Source of the DNA: Squalus acanthias
Lineage: Eukaryota
Assembly (NCBI GenBank): GCA_030390025.1
Contig: CM059432.1
Span: 105,960,001 to 106,024,000 of the forward strand
Direction: 5' to 3'
DNA: 64,000 nt
Shown: positions 11,551 through 24,844 of the stretch, piece after piece
How positions within the stretch are numbered: position 1 is the first letter of the stretch
Layout: the number at the start of each line of letters is the position of its first letter
Position numbers and translations under genes: made by a program
The notes under the pieces: generated by a model
What the model was told of the DNA's origin: nothing
The model's database searches: none
The model's input: only the letters and a program-made list of their open reading frames with translations

Positions 11551-12915
11551 GAAAGACTTGCATTTATATAGCGCCTTTCACGACCTCAGGACATCCCAAA
11601 GCACTTTAGAGCCAATTAAATGCTTTTGAAGTGTAATCACTGTTGTAATGTAGGAAACGCGGCAGCCAATTGGCCCACAGCAAGATCCCACAAACAGCAT
11701 AGAGTCATAGAGACATAACAGCACAGAAGGAGGCCATTCAGCCCATCGAGTCCGCACCGGCTCACTGCAGAGTAATCCAGTCAGTCCCACTCCCCCACTC
11801 TATCCCCATAGCCCTGCAAGTTTATTTCCCTCAAGTGCCTATCCTGTCTCCCCTTGAAAACATTGATTGTCTCCGCTTCCACCACTTCCGTCAGCAGCGA
11901 GTTCCAGGTCCTCACCACTCACTGCGTAAAAAAGTTTTTCCTCACGTCCCCCCTGTATCTCTTGCTCAAAACCTTAAACCTATGTCCCCTAGTCCTTGTA
12001 CCATCAACTAGTGGGAACAGCCTTTCTCTGTCTAGCCTATCCAAACCTGTCATAATCTTGTACACCTCTATCAAATCACCCGTCAACCTCCTTTGCTTTA
12101 ATGAAAACAAATCCAACTTCTCCAACCTGTTCTTGTAGCTAAGATCCCACATCCCCGGAACCATTCTGGTAAATCTCCTCTGCACCCTCTCAAGGGCCTT
12201 CACATCCTTCCTAAAGTGTGGTGACCAGAACTGGACGCAATACTCCAGTTGTGGCTAACCATCGCTTTATAAAGGTTCAGCATAACTTCTCTGCTTTTGT
12301 ATTCAATGCCTCTATTTATGAAGCCCAAGATCCCATATGCTTTGCTAACTACTCTCTCAATATGTCCTGCCACCTTCAGGGACCTATGCACATTAACTTC
12401 CAGGTCCCTCTGTCCCTGCACACTCTTTAAAACTGTGCCATTAAGTGTATATTGCCTCTCTCTGTTCCTTCTGCCAAAATGCATCACCTCACACTTCTCT
12501 GTATTAAATTCCATCTGCCACTTGTCTGCCCATTCTGCTAGCCTATCTATGTCTTGCTGCAGTCGATTGGTATCTTCACTGTTTGCCACACCGCCAAGTT
12601 TGGTGTCATCGGCAAATTTAGAAATTCTACTCTGTATTCCAAACTCCAAGTCATTTATATATATCAAAAAAAGCAGTGGCCCCAGCACTGACCCTTGGGG
12701 AACACCACTGTCTACAATCCTCCAGTCTGAAAAACAGCCATTTACCACAACTCACAGTTTTCTGTCCTTAAGCCAATTCCTTATCCAAGCTGCCACTGAC
12801 CCACCTATTCCACGAGCCTCAATTGATGTAATAATGACCAGATAATCTGTTTTTAGTGATGTTGATTGAGAGATAAATGTTGGCCAAGACACCGGGGATA
12901 ACGCCCCTGCTCACC
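11551..12915 (-). mobile_element. Deu-domain SINE split by a CR1 3' fragment (CR1 ~11699-12822, - strand)
   Basis: SINE resumes (ATAATGACCAGATAATC) after the CR1 RT ORFs 11919-12748. Confidence 0.85.
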
Positions 12916-13547
12916 CTATTGACTCACTCATCCGTTCCCTGAGAGCTAGGCATGCACTCCCAATCGAGAGCACTATATATTGGGTGTGCTGCTTTCCCTA
13001 GCCGATTCTCCACTCCTTGTTCCCATCAAGCAAGGCTTCATGTTGGGAGAAGAGCTTCAGAAAATGCAGCCTAAGATCTTGCCATGTGAGTTCTATTTGA
13101 AGAGGTGCCTTACTGCCAGAATTCCAACATATGTTCTTCTTCTGATCATATTAGTGCTTATGAGGAGGTTACCCCATAGGTCAATGTCCACCCTGTCCAC
13201 AGCACCCTGCAGTGCCCTCTATCACACACTCCAACAATTGCAAGCACCAGCACAAACACATCCACTATGGGGATGGGAGTGTCCATTAATGAATTATAGG
13301 AGGAAGCAGTGGGTGAATCATATAGCATATGAGGGGTGAGCAAGTAGAGGTGGCAGTGAAGGAGCAGAACCTGCTGAATGAAAGATCAGGTTTGGACCTC
13401 CTTCAGCTGCTGATGTGATAGATTGGGACGTCTTGGGGCCTGCCTACAATAGCAGTTTAATATCTGAACACCAACATTGTATGCAGTCATTTAAGAATAC
13501 ACCAAGCACCCTTCAAAATCTGGGGGTGACTTTTGGAGGAGTCCATT

Positions 13548-15014
13548 CTTCTTCTTCTTAGGCAGTCCCTCGGAACCGAAGATGACTTGCTTCCACATTA
13601 AAAATGAGTTCTCAGGTGACTGATGAGTCCAATGCGGGACCTACAGTCTCTGTCACAGGTGGGGCAGACAGTGGTTGAAGGGGTGGGTGGGTGGGGTGCT
13701 TGGGTTGATGTGCGCTCCTTCCGCTGTTTGCGCTTGGCTTCCGCTTGCTCCCGGCGAAGAGACTTGAGGTATTCGGCGCCTTCCCGGATGCTTCTCCTCC
13801 ACTTTGTATGGTCTTGGGTCAGGGATTCCCAGGTGTCAGTGGGGATGTTGCACTTTTTCAAGGAGGCTTTGAGGGTGTCCTTGAAGCGTTTCCTCTGCCC
13901 ACCTGGGGCTCTCTTGCCATGTTGGAGCTCTGAGTAGAGCGCTTGTTTTGGGAGTCTCGTATCGGGCATGCGGACGATGTGACCCGTCCATCGGAGCTGA
14001 TCGAGCGTGGTCAAAGCTTCGATGCTGGGGATGTTAGCCTGAGTGAGAACACTGACGTTGGTGCGCCTATCCTGCCAATGGATTTGCAGGATCTTGGCAA
14101 GTCAAGACCGCCTACGGCCCAAGCACCCAAGGTCCTACCCCACTGCAGGCCAAGAATGGAGAGATACTCATCAAGGACAGGGAGGCAGTCAGTGCCCGCT
14201 GGAAGGAGCACTTCGAAGATCTCCTTAACCGAGACTCCATCTTCGACACGAGTGTCCTCAACTCCATCCCGCAGCATGCTACCCGCCACCATCTCAGCAC
14301 AACCCCAGCCCGGCATGAGGTTGAAAAGGCCATCCGACAACTGAAGAACAACAAGGCCTCAGGAGCAGATGGAATCCCTGCCGAGGCGCTAAAGCATGGC
14401 GGAGAAGCACTACTGGCGCGAATTCATGCACTCATTTCTCTTATTTGGAAGGAGGAGAGCATGCCAGGGGATCTCAGAGATGCCGTAATTGTGACCATCT
14501 TCAAGAAAGGTGACAAGTCCGATTGCGGTAATTACAGAGGAGTTTCCCTGCTGTCTGCCACAGGGAAAGTCATCGCAAAAATCCTCCTCAATCGCCTTCT
14601 CCCAGTGGCTGAAGAGCTCCTCCCAGAGTCGCAATGCGGATTTCGCCCACTAAGGGGCACAATGGACATGATCTCACTGCGCGTCAATTACAAGAGAAAT
14701 GCAGGGAACAGCACCAACCGCTGTACATGGCCTTCTTTGACCTCACAAAGGCCTTTGACACTTTCAACCGTGAGGGATTATGGAGTGTCTTCCTCAAATT
14801 CGGCTGCCCTCAAAAGTTTGTCACCATCCTCCGCCTGCTTCACGACGACATGCAAACCGTGATCCTGACCAACGGTTCCACCACAGACCCAATTCATTTA
14901 CAGACCGGGGTCAAGCAAGGCTGTGTCATCGCACCAACGCTCTTCTCGATCTTCCTTGCAGCAATGCTCCATCTCACCCTCAGTAAGCTCCCCGCTGGAG
15001 TGGAGCTAATTTAC
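13548..15014 (-). mobile_element. RTE LINE with 5' inversion (3' part on -, 13548-14096; inverted RT segment on +, 14097-15014)
   Basis: TSD AGGAGTCCATT (13537-47, 15015-25); (GAA)n tail; C-terminal CPTC..H..H zinc motif. Confidence 0.9.
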
Positions 15015-15382
15015 AGGAGTCCATTACCCTCATAAGTGCAGTGAATTTTGCCTAACTAAGCAAAGCATTTTGAAGGGAAAAGCCACTCCAGAGCCACCTG
15101 CTGTAGAACCCCGAGTGACAGAGATTCTAAACCCAGTTGCAGTTTAACTAAATGCTTCAAATGGGCTGTAGGCATCTTGGGCTCCAATATACAGCAGTCT
15201 CTCTAGTCTGGGTTCAACGTACTGGGGGGGATCAGATCAAGAGAATCATATTGCAGAGCTTCAATGACCCCCTCTGCTCTTTGTGCTCCCTGCACCCATC
15301 CAAATCTGTATCTGGAGCTGTGATAATGAGCAAACTTTGGAAATTGGGTGTAAACAGCACACTTTCATCTGTGGAGAGAGGA

Positions 15383-15510
15383 AGGTAGGGTTAACATTTC
15401 TGGTTGATGACCTTTTGTCAGAACCCCTGATGCTGCCTGACCTGCTGAGTGTTTCCAGCAATATCTGTTTATATTTCAGATTTCCAGCATCTAAAGTATT
15501 TTGTTTCTTG
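15383..15510. mobile_element. Short rearranged terminal fragment of Penelope family 2
   Basis: Hammerhead-like segment on - joined to the TGCTGCCTGACCTGCTGAG tail on +. Confidence 0.55.
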
Positions 15511-16077
15511 TTTTATATTTTCATTTGTGTCTGTTAAAATGTACTTAGTGCTGTGGAGGAGGGTTTAAACTACTTGGCAGGGGAAGGAACACTAGGATGA
15601 AGCATTAGAGAGGAGAAACAAAGTGCACTGAGGACTGGTAGAGACAAACAGCTTTAGAATAAAGAATAGTTCAGAAACAGGAGGGATCAGACAGGGGCAA
15701 ATGCGAAGCCGACTAAGATGGGTTTAGAGTTCATGTGCGTAAAGGCAGTAGCACGGTAAATAAGGTTGGTGAGCTACAGGCACAAGTAGCCACATGGGAC
15801 TTTGATATAGTGGCAATAACGGAGACCTGGCTCAAACATGGGAGGAATGGGGACTTAATATTCCTGGCTACAAAGTATTCAGGAAAGATAGGGAAGAAAA
15901 AAAAGGGGAGGTGGGTGGCAGTAATGATCAGAGATACTGGGGGGAATTTTAAACCCCAAAACGCATGGGTTTGGTTTGGGTGGGAGGTTAAAAAGCTAAA
16001 AATCCGAAACAGGAACCCAATCTGCCTCAAACCCACCCACTTCTGGTTGTAACAGAGGCGGGACAAGAGGCAGGCGA

Positions 16078-16251
16078 CAACGTTCCCTTTAAGCTGCGTG
16101 GTCACACGGCCACGCAGTGCTCTGAAGGTCCCACGCAGCCAGTGAGCTGGCTTTTAAATAGAAAAACTGCGCATGCGCGGAATTTTGAATGGCCCATGCA
16201 GCTCGTTAAAGGGGTCGCGCGGGCCAAAAAAAAAAATTAGATGTAACATTG
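16078..16251. mobile_element. hAT-type MITE nested in a Harbinger-type MITE (~15939-16545), itself among CR1 fragments
   Basis: TIR CAACGTTCCCTTTAA; 8-bp TSD GCAGGCGA/GCGGGCGA; second copy at 25606. Confidence 0.75.
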
Positions 16252-16759
16252 GCGGGCGACCAATCCGCTGGCAGGAGGCGGGTTGGTCACTTAAATATTT
16301 TAATGAGGTTGCGTGCTTTCATTTTAAGTGATTCTATTTTTAGCCACAATCGGCCCGGTTTCCCTGGCCTCGGGAAACCCGGCAGGTGAAAGGAGGCGAG
16401 AAGGGCAGAATCCTGAGGTAAGTACCTTTACAGCACTGCTTGTGGGCCAGGAGGAGCAGGAGTGTTTCCTCCAGGCCCAAAAAACTACCCAGTAAACCAC
16501 CACCCCCCCCAACCGCGGTCTGTCTGCTCCCCACCCCACAATCAGACCTTCAATTCCATGAGCTTTAATTTTAGCTAACAGTCTCTTATTTGGAAACTTA
16601 TCGAAAGCCTTCTGGAAGTCCAAATAAACTACATATATAGACATTCCCTTGTCTACTACTTTAGTTACTTCCTCAAATACTACAATTGGATTGCTCTACA
16701 GAGAGCCGGCACGGACCCGATGCGCCGAATGGCCTCCTTCTGTGTCATTATGATGCTAT

Positions 16760-17518
16760 GGCCCTGAAATCCCGTTCCCTATGGGTGAGTACGCGCTGTG
16801 TACTCACCTGTAGGGCCAACGGAAGTGCCGGTTTCGCGTATGCACTGTGCATGCGCTGAAACCGGAACTTACGTTCTCTTGAAGGAAGGGGTTCACAGGT
16901 CAACTGCGTGCGCCGGAGAGGCAGCGCGCACGCATCGAACTTCCGGTTTTTTCTCAGTTGATGCAGTGCGGGTAAGTCCCTAGCAGCTGCGCATGGAAAA
17001 AGCAGGCACAAGGCCTGCTTTTAACAAGGTAAGAGGTGAAGAAAGTAAAAGTAAAACATTTTTTCCACAGGTTTATCATTTTAAAATACTTTAAAGAAAG
17101 GTAAGTTTATTTTTAGCTCTGTTAAAAACTTTAATTATTTTTTCAAAAATAAAAATTTTTGTTTAAAGTAGTTAATTTGTGTAATTTATAGTTATTTTAA
17201 AAATGTGATTTTTTAAAAATTTATTTGAAGTTTTACTTGGGTTTTGGGGCTGATCTCTATTCATAGATTTGACTGGTCTTCCTGTCAAATCTATGAATGG
17301 AGATTCCCTGCTCCGATTGGCTCCCCATGGCCCACGTGATCCCAGGGACACTGCGAACTAGCTTCGTCCCTGAGATAGGCGTGCCCTGCACACCGGCAGC
17401 TGGAGCAGGCACAGCAACGGAATTCTGCGCGGGCCCAGAGCATAACGGTAGGCGCGCTTCTTAAGTGCAGGTCGGGGGCTTGCACCCGCGGGAAGCCTCC
17501 AACCGGAATTTCTGGGCC
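16760..17518. mobile_element. Harbinger-type MITE
   Basis: TIR GGCCCTGAAATCCC / rc GGCCCAGAAATTCC; TSD TAT/TGT; inserted in a CR1 tail. Confidence 0.7.
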
Positions 17519-17524
17519 TGTGAC

Positions 17525-18537
17525 TATGACTAATTAGGTTCGTTAGACATGACCTACCCTTTACAAATTCATGTTGGCTCTCTCTAATCAGCTCAAGTGC
17601 TCAGTCACTCTGTCGTTAATTATAGATTCCATTAACTTCCCCGCAACAGATGTTAGTCTAATAGGTCTATCAGTTCTCAGTTTTTCTCTCTCACATTTCT
17701 TAAATAATGGAGTTACATTTACAATATTCCAATCTAAAGGCACAATTCCTGAATCGAGATAGCTTTGGAAGATTATGGCTAAAGAATCTGCAATTTCCTA
17801 ACTTACTTTCTTTAAAACCCTGGGGTGGAAACCATCAACTGTTTTACCCAATAACAGTTTTGTCAGTCTTTAGTGCCATTATTTTTTCTTATACTGTTTT
17901 CTTGCTTATGCTAACTTTAGTGAGTTCAGTCCTTGATTCATTGTTAGATTCCCTGAAATGTCAAATATATTATCCTCTTCCTCTACTGTGAAGACTGACA
18001 AAAAGTAATTATTCAACAAGTCTGTATTTACTTATTTATATTTGCAATATTATACACATCTGTTTTTAAAGGGCCTACATTACCCATGACTACCCTTTTT
18101 CTTCTAATATAATTGTTTAAACGTTTTGAGTTAATCTTGATATCCCTCACAAGTTTCTTTTCGTATTCCTTTTTGCAGCTCTTACTATCTTTTTTGTCTT
18201 ACTTTGCTTTTCTTCATATCTCTCCCAGTCCCCTGGAGCTATACTATTGTTTGCACTTTTATATGCACTTTCCTTTAGTTTTATGTTATCTCTCACCTCT
18301 TTTGTCGACCATGGCTGTTTTATTTGGTAAGTCGAGCTCTTGCCCCTTCGGGGTATATACTGGTGCTGTATGAAGCTAAACATCTCCCACTGCTCATCTG
18401 TAGTTTTAACCAGTTTGCTGGCGTCAGTCTCTGTCTCATCACATTAAAGTTTGCCTTACCAAAATCTAGAATCTTAGTAATTGTTTAAGTTTCTCCTTTT
18501 CAAACCTAACATTGAATTCAATCATATTATGATCACT
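17525..18537 (-). mobile_element. Degraded CR1 ORF2 fragment (continues at 22521-22590)
   Basis: SDHNMIEF and YRPISLTSV motifs on - strand. Confidence 0.75.
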
Positions 18538-21500
18538 GTCACTGGGCTAGTAATCCAGAGGCCTGGACTAATGATCCAGAGTCGTGAGTTCAAATCCCAC
18601 CACAGCAGCTGGGGAATTTAAATTCAGTTAATTAAATAAATCTGGAATAAAAAGCTAATATCAGTAATGCTAGCCATGAAACTATCGGATTGTCATAAAA
18701 ACCCATCTGGTTCACTAATGTCCTAAAGGGAAGGAAATCTGCCGTGCTTACCTGGTCTGGCCTATATGTGACTCCAGACCTGCAGCAATGTGGTTGATTC
18801 TTAACTGCCCTCTGAAATGGCCTAGCAAGTCACTCAGTTGTAACAAACCACAACGAAACATAATAAGAACGAAACCGGACGGACCACCCGGCATCGACCG
18901 AGGCACCGGCTACGGACACGGCAACGGTACACCCAGCCCAGTTGACCCTGCAAAGTCCTCCTCACCAACATCTGGGGACTTGTGCCAAAATTGGGAGAGC
19001 TGACCCACAGACTAGTCAAACAACAGCCTGACATAGTCATACTCACAGAATCATACCTTTCAGCCAATGTCTCAAACGCCTCCATCACCATCCCTGGGTA
19101 TGTCCTGTCCCACCGGCAGGACAGACCCACCATGGGTGGCAGCACAATGGTATACAGTCAGGAAGGAGTGGCCCTGGGAGTCCTCAACATTGACTCCAGA
19201 CCCCATGAAGTCTCATGGCTTCAGGTCAAGCATGGGCAAGGAAACCTCCTGCTGATTACCACCTACCGCCTTCCCTCAGCTGATGAATCAGTACTTCTCC
19301 ATGTTGAACACCACTTGGAAGAAGCACTGAGAGTAGCAAGGGCACAGAATGTACTCTGGGTGGGGGACTTCAATGTCCATCACCAAGAGTGGCTCGGTAG
19401 CACCACTACCGACCGAGCTGGCCGAGTCCTAAAGGACATAACTGCCAGTCTGGGCCTGCGACAGGTGGTGAGAGAACCAACACGAGGGAAAAACCTACTT
19501 GACCTCGTCCTCACCAATCTACCTGTTGCAGATGCATCTGTCCATGACAGTATTGGTAGCAGTGACCACCACACAGTCATTGTGGAGACCAAGTCCCGTC
19601 TTCACACCCAGGACACCCTCCATCGTGTTGTGTGTCACTACCACCATGCTAAATGGGATAGATTCAGAACAGATCTAGCAGCTCAAAACTGGACATCCAT
19701 GAGGTGCTGTGGGCCATCAGCAGCAGCAGAATTGTATTCGACCACAATCTGTAACCTCATGGCCCGGCATATCCCTCACTCTACCATTACCACCAAGCCA
19801 GGGGACCAACCCTGGTTCAATGAGGAGTGTAGAAGAGCATGCCAGGAGCAGCACCAGGCGTACTTAAAAATAAGGTGTCAACCAGGGAAGCTGCAACACA
19901 GGACTACATGCATGCTAAAAAGCAGAAGCAGCATGCTATAGACCGGGCTAAGTGATCCCACAATCAACAGATCAGTCAGATCAAAGCTCTTGGTGTGCAT
20001 GTACATAGATCCCTGAAGGCAGCAGGACAGGTAGATAAGGTGGTTAAAAAGGCATATGGGATACTTGCCTTCATTAGCCGAGGCATAGAATATAAGAGCA
20101 GGGAGGTTATGATGGAGCTGTACAAAACGCTAGTTAGGCCACAGCTGGAATACTGTGTGCAGTTCTGCTCACCACACTATAGGAAGGATGTGATTGCATT
20201 GGAGAGGGTGCAGAGGAGATTCACCAGGATGTTACCTGGGCTGCAGCGCTTCAGCTATGAAGAGAGACTGGACAGGCTGGGGTTGTTTTCCTTAGAGCAG
20301 AGAAGGCTGAGGGGGGACCTGATTGAGGTGTACAAAATTATGAGGGGCATAGATAGGGTAGATAGAAAGGAACTTTTCCCCTTAGTAGAGGGGTCAATAA
20401 CCAGGGGGCATAGTTTCAAGGTAAGGGGCAGGAGGTTTAGAGGGGATTTGAGGAAAATCTTTTTCACCCAGAGGGTGGTTGGAATCTGGAACTCACTGCC
20501 TGAAAGGGTGGTAGAGGCAGGAACCCTCACAACATTCAAGAAGCATTTAGATGAGCACTTGGAACGCCATAGCATACAAGTCTACGGACCAAGTGCTGGA
20601 AAATGGGATTAGAATAGACAGTGCTTGATGGCCGGTGCGGACACGATGGGCCGAAGGGCCTCTTTCTGTGCTGTATAACTCTATGACTCTATGACTCTGC
20701 AGTCCTGCCACATCCAGTCGTGAATGGTGGTGGACCATTAAACAACTAACTGGAGGAGGAGGCTCTATGAATATCCCCATCCTCAATGATGGTGGAGCCC
20801 AGCACGTGAGTGCAAAAGACCAGGCTGAAGCGTTTCCAACCATCTTCAGCCAGAGGTGCCGAGTGGATGATCCATATCGGCCTACTCCTGAGGTCCCCAC
20901 CATCACAGAAGCCAGTCTTCAGCCAATTCGATTCACTCCACGCACTGGATACAGCAAAGGCTATGGGCCCCGACAACATCCTGGCTATCGTGCTGAAGAC
21001 TTGTGCTCCAGAACTAGCCGCGCCTCTAGCCAAGCTGTTCCAGTACAGCTACAACACTGGCATCTATCCGACACTGTGGAAAACTGCCCAGGTATGTCCT
21101 GTCCACAAAAAACAGGACAAATCCAACCTGGCCAATTACCACCCCATCCGTCTACTCTCAATCATCAGCAAAGTGATGGAAGGTGTCATCGACAGTGCTA
21201 TCAAGCGGCACTTACTCATCAAAAACCTGCTCACTGATGCCCAGTTTGGGTTCTGCCAAGACCACTTGGCTCCCGACCTCATTACAGCCTTGGTCCAAAC
21301 ATGCACAAAGGAGCTGAATTCCAGCGGTGAGGTGAGAGTGACTGCCCTTGACATCAAGGCAGCATTTGACCGAGTATGGCATCAAGGAGCCCTAGTAAAA
21401 CTGAAGTCAATGGGGAATCGGGGGGAAAACGTTCCTCTGGTTGGAGTCATACCTAGCACAAAGGAAGATGGTTGTGGTGGTTGAAGGTCAATCATCACAG

Positions 21501-22520
21501 CCACAGGACATCGCTGCAGGAGTTCCTCAGGGCAGTGTCCTAGGCCCAACCATCTTCAGCTGCTTCATCAATGACCTTCCCTCCAACATAAGATCAGAAA
21601 TAGGGATGTTCGCTGATGACTGCACAGTGTTCAGCGCCATTCACAACTCCTCAGAAAATGAAGCAGTCCATGCCCGCATGCAACAAGACCTGGACGACAT
21701 TCAGGCTTGGGCTGATAAGTGGCAGGTAACATTTGCACCACAGAAGTGCCAGGCAATGACTATCTCCAACAAGCGAGTGTCTAACCACCTCCCCTTGACA
21801 TTCAACGGTATTACCATCGCTGAATCCCCCACCATCAACATCCTGGGGGTCACCATTGACCAGAAACTTAACTGGACCAGCCACATAAATACTGTGGCAA
21901 CAAGAGCTGGTCAGAGACTAGGTATTCTGCGGCGAGTGTCTCACCTCCTGACTCCCCAAAGCCTTTTCACCATCTACAAGGCACAAAAAGGAGTGTGATG
22001 GAATACTCTCCACTTGTCTGGATGAGTGCAGCTCCAACAACACTCAAGAAGCTCGACACCATCCAGGACAAAGCAGCCCGCTTGATTGGCACCCCATCCA
22101 CCACCTTAAACATTCACTCCCTCCACCACCGGCATACTGTGGCTGCAGTGTGTACCATCTACAAGATGCACTGCAGCACCTTCGCCAAGGCTTCTTCGGC
22201 AGCACTTCCCAAACCCGCGACCTCTTCCACCTAGGAGGACAAGGGCAGCAGGTGCATGGGAACACCGCCACCTCCAAGTTCCACTCCAAGTCACACACCA
22301 TCCTGACTTAGAAGTATATCGTCGATCCTTCATCGTTGCTGGGTCAAAATCCTGGAACTCCCTACCTAACAGCACTGTGGGAGTGCATTCATCACACGGA
22401 CTGCAGCGGCTCAAGAAGGCGGCTCACCGCCACCTTCTCAAGGGCAATTAGGGATGGGCAATAAATACTGGCCTTGCCAGCGACGCCCACATCCCATAAA
22501 CAAATAAAAAATAAAATAAA
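18538..22520 (+). mobile_element. Near full-length single-ORF CR1/L2-group LINE (APE + RT) with tRNA-like 5' head; frameshifted; interrupted by CR1 at 19991-20694
   Basis: NIWGL..DIVILTES, GDFNVH, SDH (APE); DIKAAFDRVWH, GVPQGSVLGP, FADD (RT); A-rich tail at 22496-22520. Confidence 0.88.
19991..20694 (+). mobile_element. CR1 3' fragment
   Basis: Open 205-aa ORF; (ACTCTATG)n tail; host frame RSKL|CSPATS rejoins around CTCT. Confidence 0.9.
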
Positions 22521-22911
22521 AGATAAATGTTTCCTTACTGTTAGATTATTAACTAATCTGGCTCATTATTCATTACTAAATCTAGTACAGGGCATAATTT
22601 CAAAGTTTCACAAAAAACTCAGAAATGTAGCAAACAATTAGGAGGATAGTAACAAACTTCAGGAGAACATAGACAGACTGGTGAAATGGGCAGACAGATA
22701 CATGGCAGATGAAATTTAATGCAATGAAGTGTGAAATGATACATTTTGGTAGGAAGAATGAGAATAGGCAATATGGACCAAATGGTACAATTTTTAAAAG
22801 GGTGCAAGAACGAGAGACCTGGGGGTGTGTATACACAAATCTTTGAAGGTGGTCGGACAAGTTGAGAAGGCTTTTAAAAAAGCACATGGGACCCTTGGCT
22901 TTATCAATAGA

Positions 22912-23994
22912 AAAATGAGAAGTCGCACAACACCAGGTTATAGTCCAACAGATTTATTTAAAATTACAAGCTTTCGGAGCTGTCGCCCCTTCGTCAGGCA
23001 AAGTTACTGTGAGAGAATCTATCAGAATTCACAGAATATAAAAACACAGAGAAAATGCATAGATTAAATCTTTCCCTACATCAAAGACACACTAAGAGCA
23101 CAGCCAAGACAATGAGATGTGTCCCAGGGGGTCCAACGCGTCAGAACACCTGCTGGCTGCATATCCTCTCCATTTTTTGTGTTTGTTTCTTGTGTTTTTT
23201 TTTAAAAACTGGAAAGACCGGCAACGATGTCAAGTCACGTTCTATAGCGTGACATGAACCCGATATCCCGATTGAGGCCGTCCTCATGAGTGCGGAACTT
23301 AGCTATCAGTTTCTGCTCGATGATTTTGCGTTGTCGTGTATCACGAAGACCGCCTTGGAGAACGCTAACCCGCAGATCCGAGGCTGAATGCCCTTGACTG
23401 CTGAAGTGTTCCCCGACTGGGAGGCAACCATCCTGCTTGGCAATTGTTGCACGGTGTCCGTTCATACGTTGTCTCAGTGTCTGCATGGTCTCGCCGATGT
23501 ACCATGCTCTGGGGCATCCTTTACTGCAACGTATCAGGTAGACAACGTTGGCCGAGTCACATGAGTATGTACCATGTACATGGTGGGTAGTGTCCTCACG
23601 TGTGATGACGGTATCTGTGTTCATGATCTGGCATGTCTTGCAGAGGTTGCCGTGGCAGGGTTGTGTGGTGTCGTGGTCGCTGACAGCTGGGTAATTTGCT
23701 GCGAACGATGGTACTTTTGAGGTTAGGCGGCTGTTTGAAGGCGAGTAGTGGAGGCGTGGGGATGGCCTTAGCAAGGTGTTCGTCGTCATCGATGACATGT
23801 TGAAGGCTGCGAAGAACATGGCGTAGTTTCTCCGCTCCGGGGAAGTACTGGACGACGTAGGGTACTCTGTTGGTTGTGTCCCGTGTTCGTCTTCTGAGGA
23901 GGTCTGTGCGGTTTTTCGCTGTGGCCCGTCGGAACTGTCGATCGACGAGTCGAGCGTCATATCCCGTTCTTATGAGGGCGTCTTTCAGTGCCCG
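22912..23994 (-). mobile_element. 5'-truncated Penelope-like element encoding GIY-YIG endonuclease
   Basis: NVVYLIRC..YIGET..RMNGH; TSD TTTATCAATAGA (22900-11, 23995-24006); same terminal repeat as 3457 and 40089. Confidence 0.9.
22964..23001 (-). ncRNA. Minimal type I hammerhead ribozyme motif
   Basis: UUGC-CUGACGA-A-GGGGC(GACA)GCUCC-GAAA-GCU-U-GUAA. Confidence 0.78.
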
Positions 23995-24012
23995 TTTATC
24001 AATAGAGGCATA

Positions 24013-24844
24013 GGGCTGGATTTTCTCAATGGAGACGAATTGGAGGCGGGATTGCTGCTTGCCGTGTCAATGTCCCACCTCCATCCTCGTCTGACCAACC
24101 ATAGGGATTTTCCCCTGATTGACCTTGTTAAGCCCGCAGGCCAATTAGGGAGGAAGTCACTGACAGAGCACGTCAACGTCAGACGTGCTATCTGTCAAGA
24201 CTTCTTGGAAGAAGAATTGTCAGCGTTTGACAGCTCTGTGAAGCTGTCAAATACTGACATTCTCTGTAGTTTGATGAGCCCTTGTGTTCAGGACTCATCA
24301 AACCTTTCAACTTTGTCGATTTCAGATAGCTGTTGGTTCGGAGGATCCAACAGCCAGTCTGTGAAATCGACAACGAGGATGTCGGGTCTCCCAATCCAGA
24401 GAGGATGAAGGCTGTAGGAAGAAAACAAGGTAAGTGAACATTTTTTTACACTTATCACTCACCTTACATACTTACCACTCCACACTTGCACCCATCACTC
24501 ACCTCTACATCATACTTCCAGGTGCCTCCGACCACCGCAGACCTCCTCCACGTCTCCTCCAACCCGGCGGGGTTCTCCAAGGTCGGGAAGCCTTCACCTT
24601 TGAAGGTAAAATGGCACTAATCCTTTTTTCTGCCTGTTAACTATCTGTTAACAGGCAGTTAAAAGTATTTAATGCCTTTCCCGCCTCCAGGAGACGGGAC
24701 CCGAAGCTGCACATCTTCCCGCCTCCTGGCAAAAGGGCACGGAGGCGGGATGGGGGCGGGTTTGCCATCCGCCCCCACTTTCTCCGAATTTACCGGCAGT
24801 CCCGCCTCCATGCCCGCCTCCTCGGGGCTTGGAAAATCCAGCCC
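24013..24844. mobile_element. Harbinger-type MITE
   Basis: Perfect 13-bp TIR GGGCTGGATTTTC; 3-bp TSD ATA. Confidence 0.85.

Noticed and set aside
18542..18603. Functional tRNA gene
   Set aside because: No acceptor stem or D arm, duplicated anticodon arm, contiguous with a LINE
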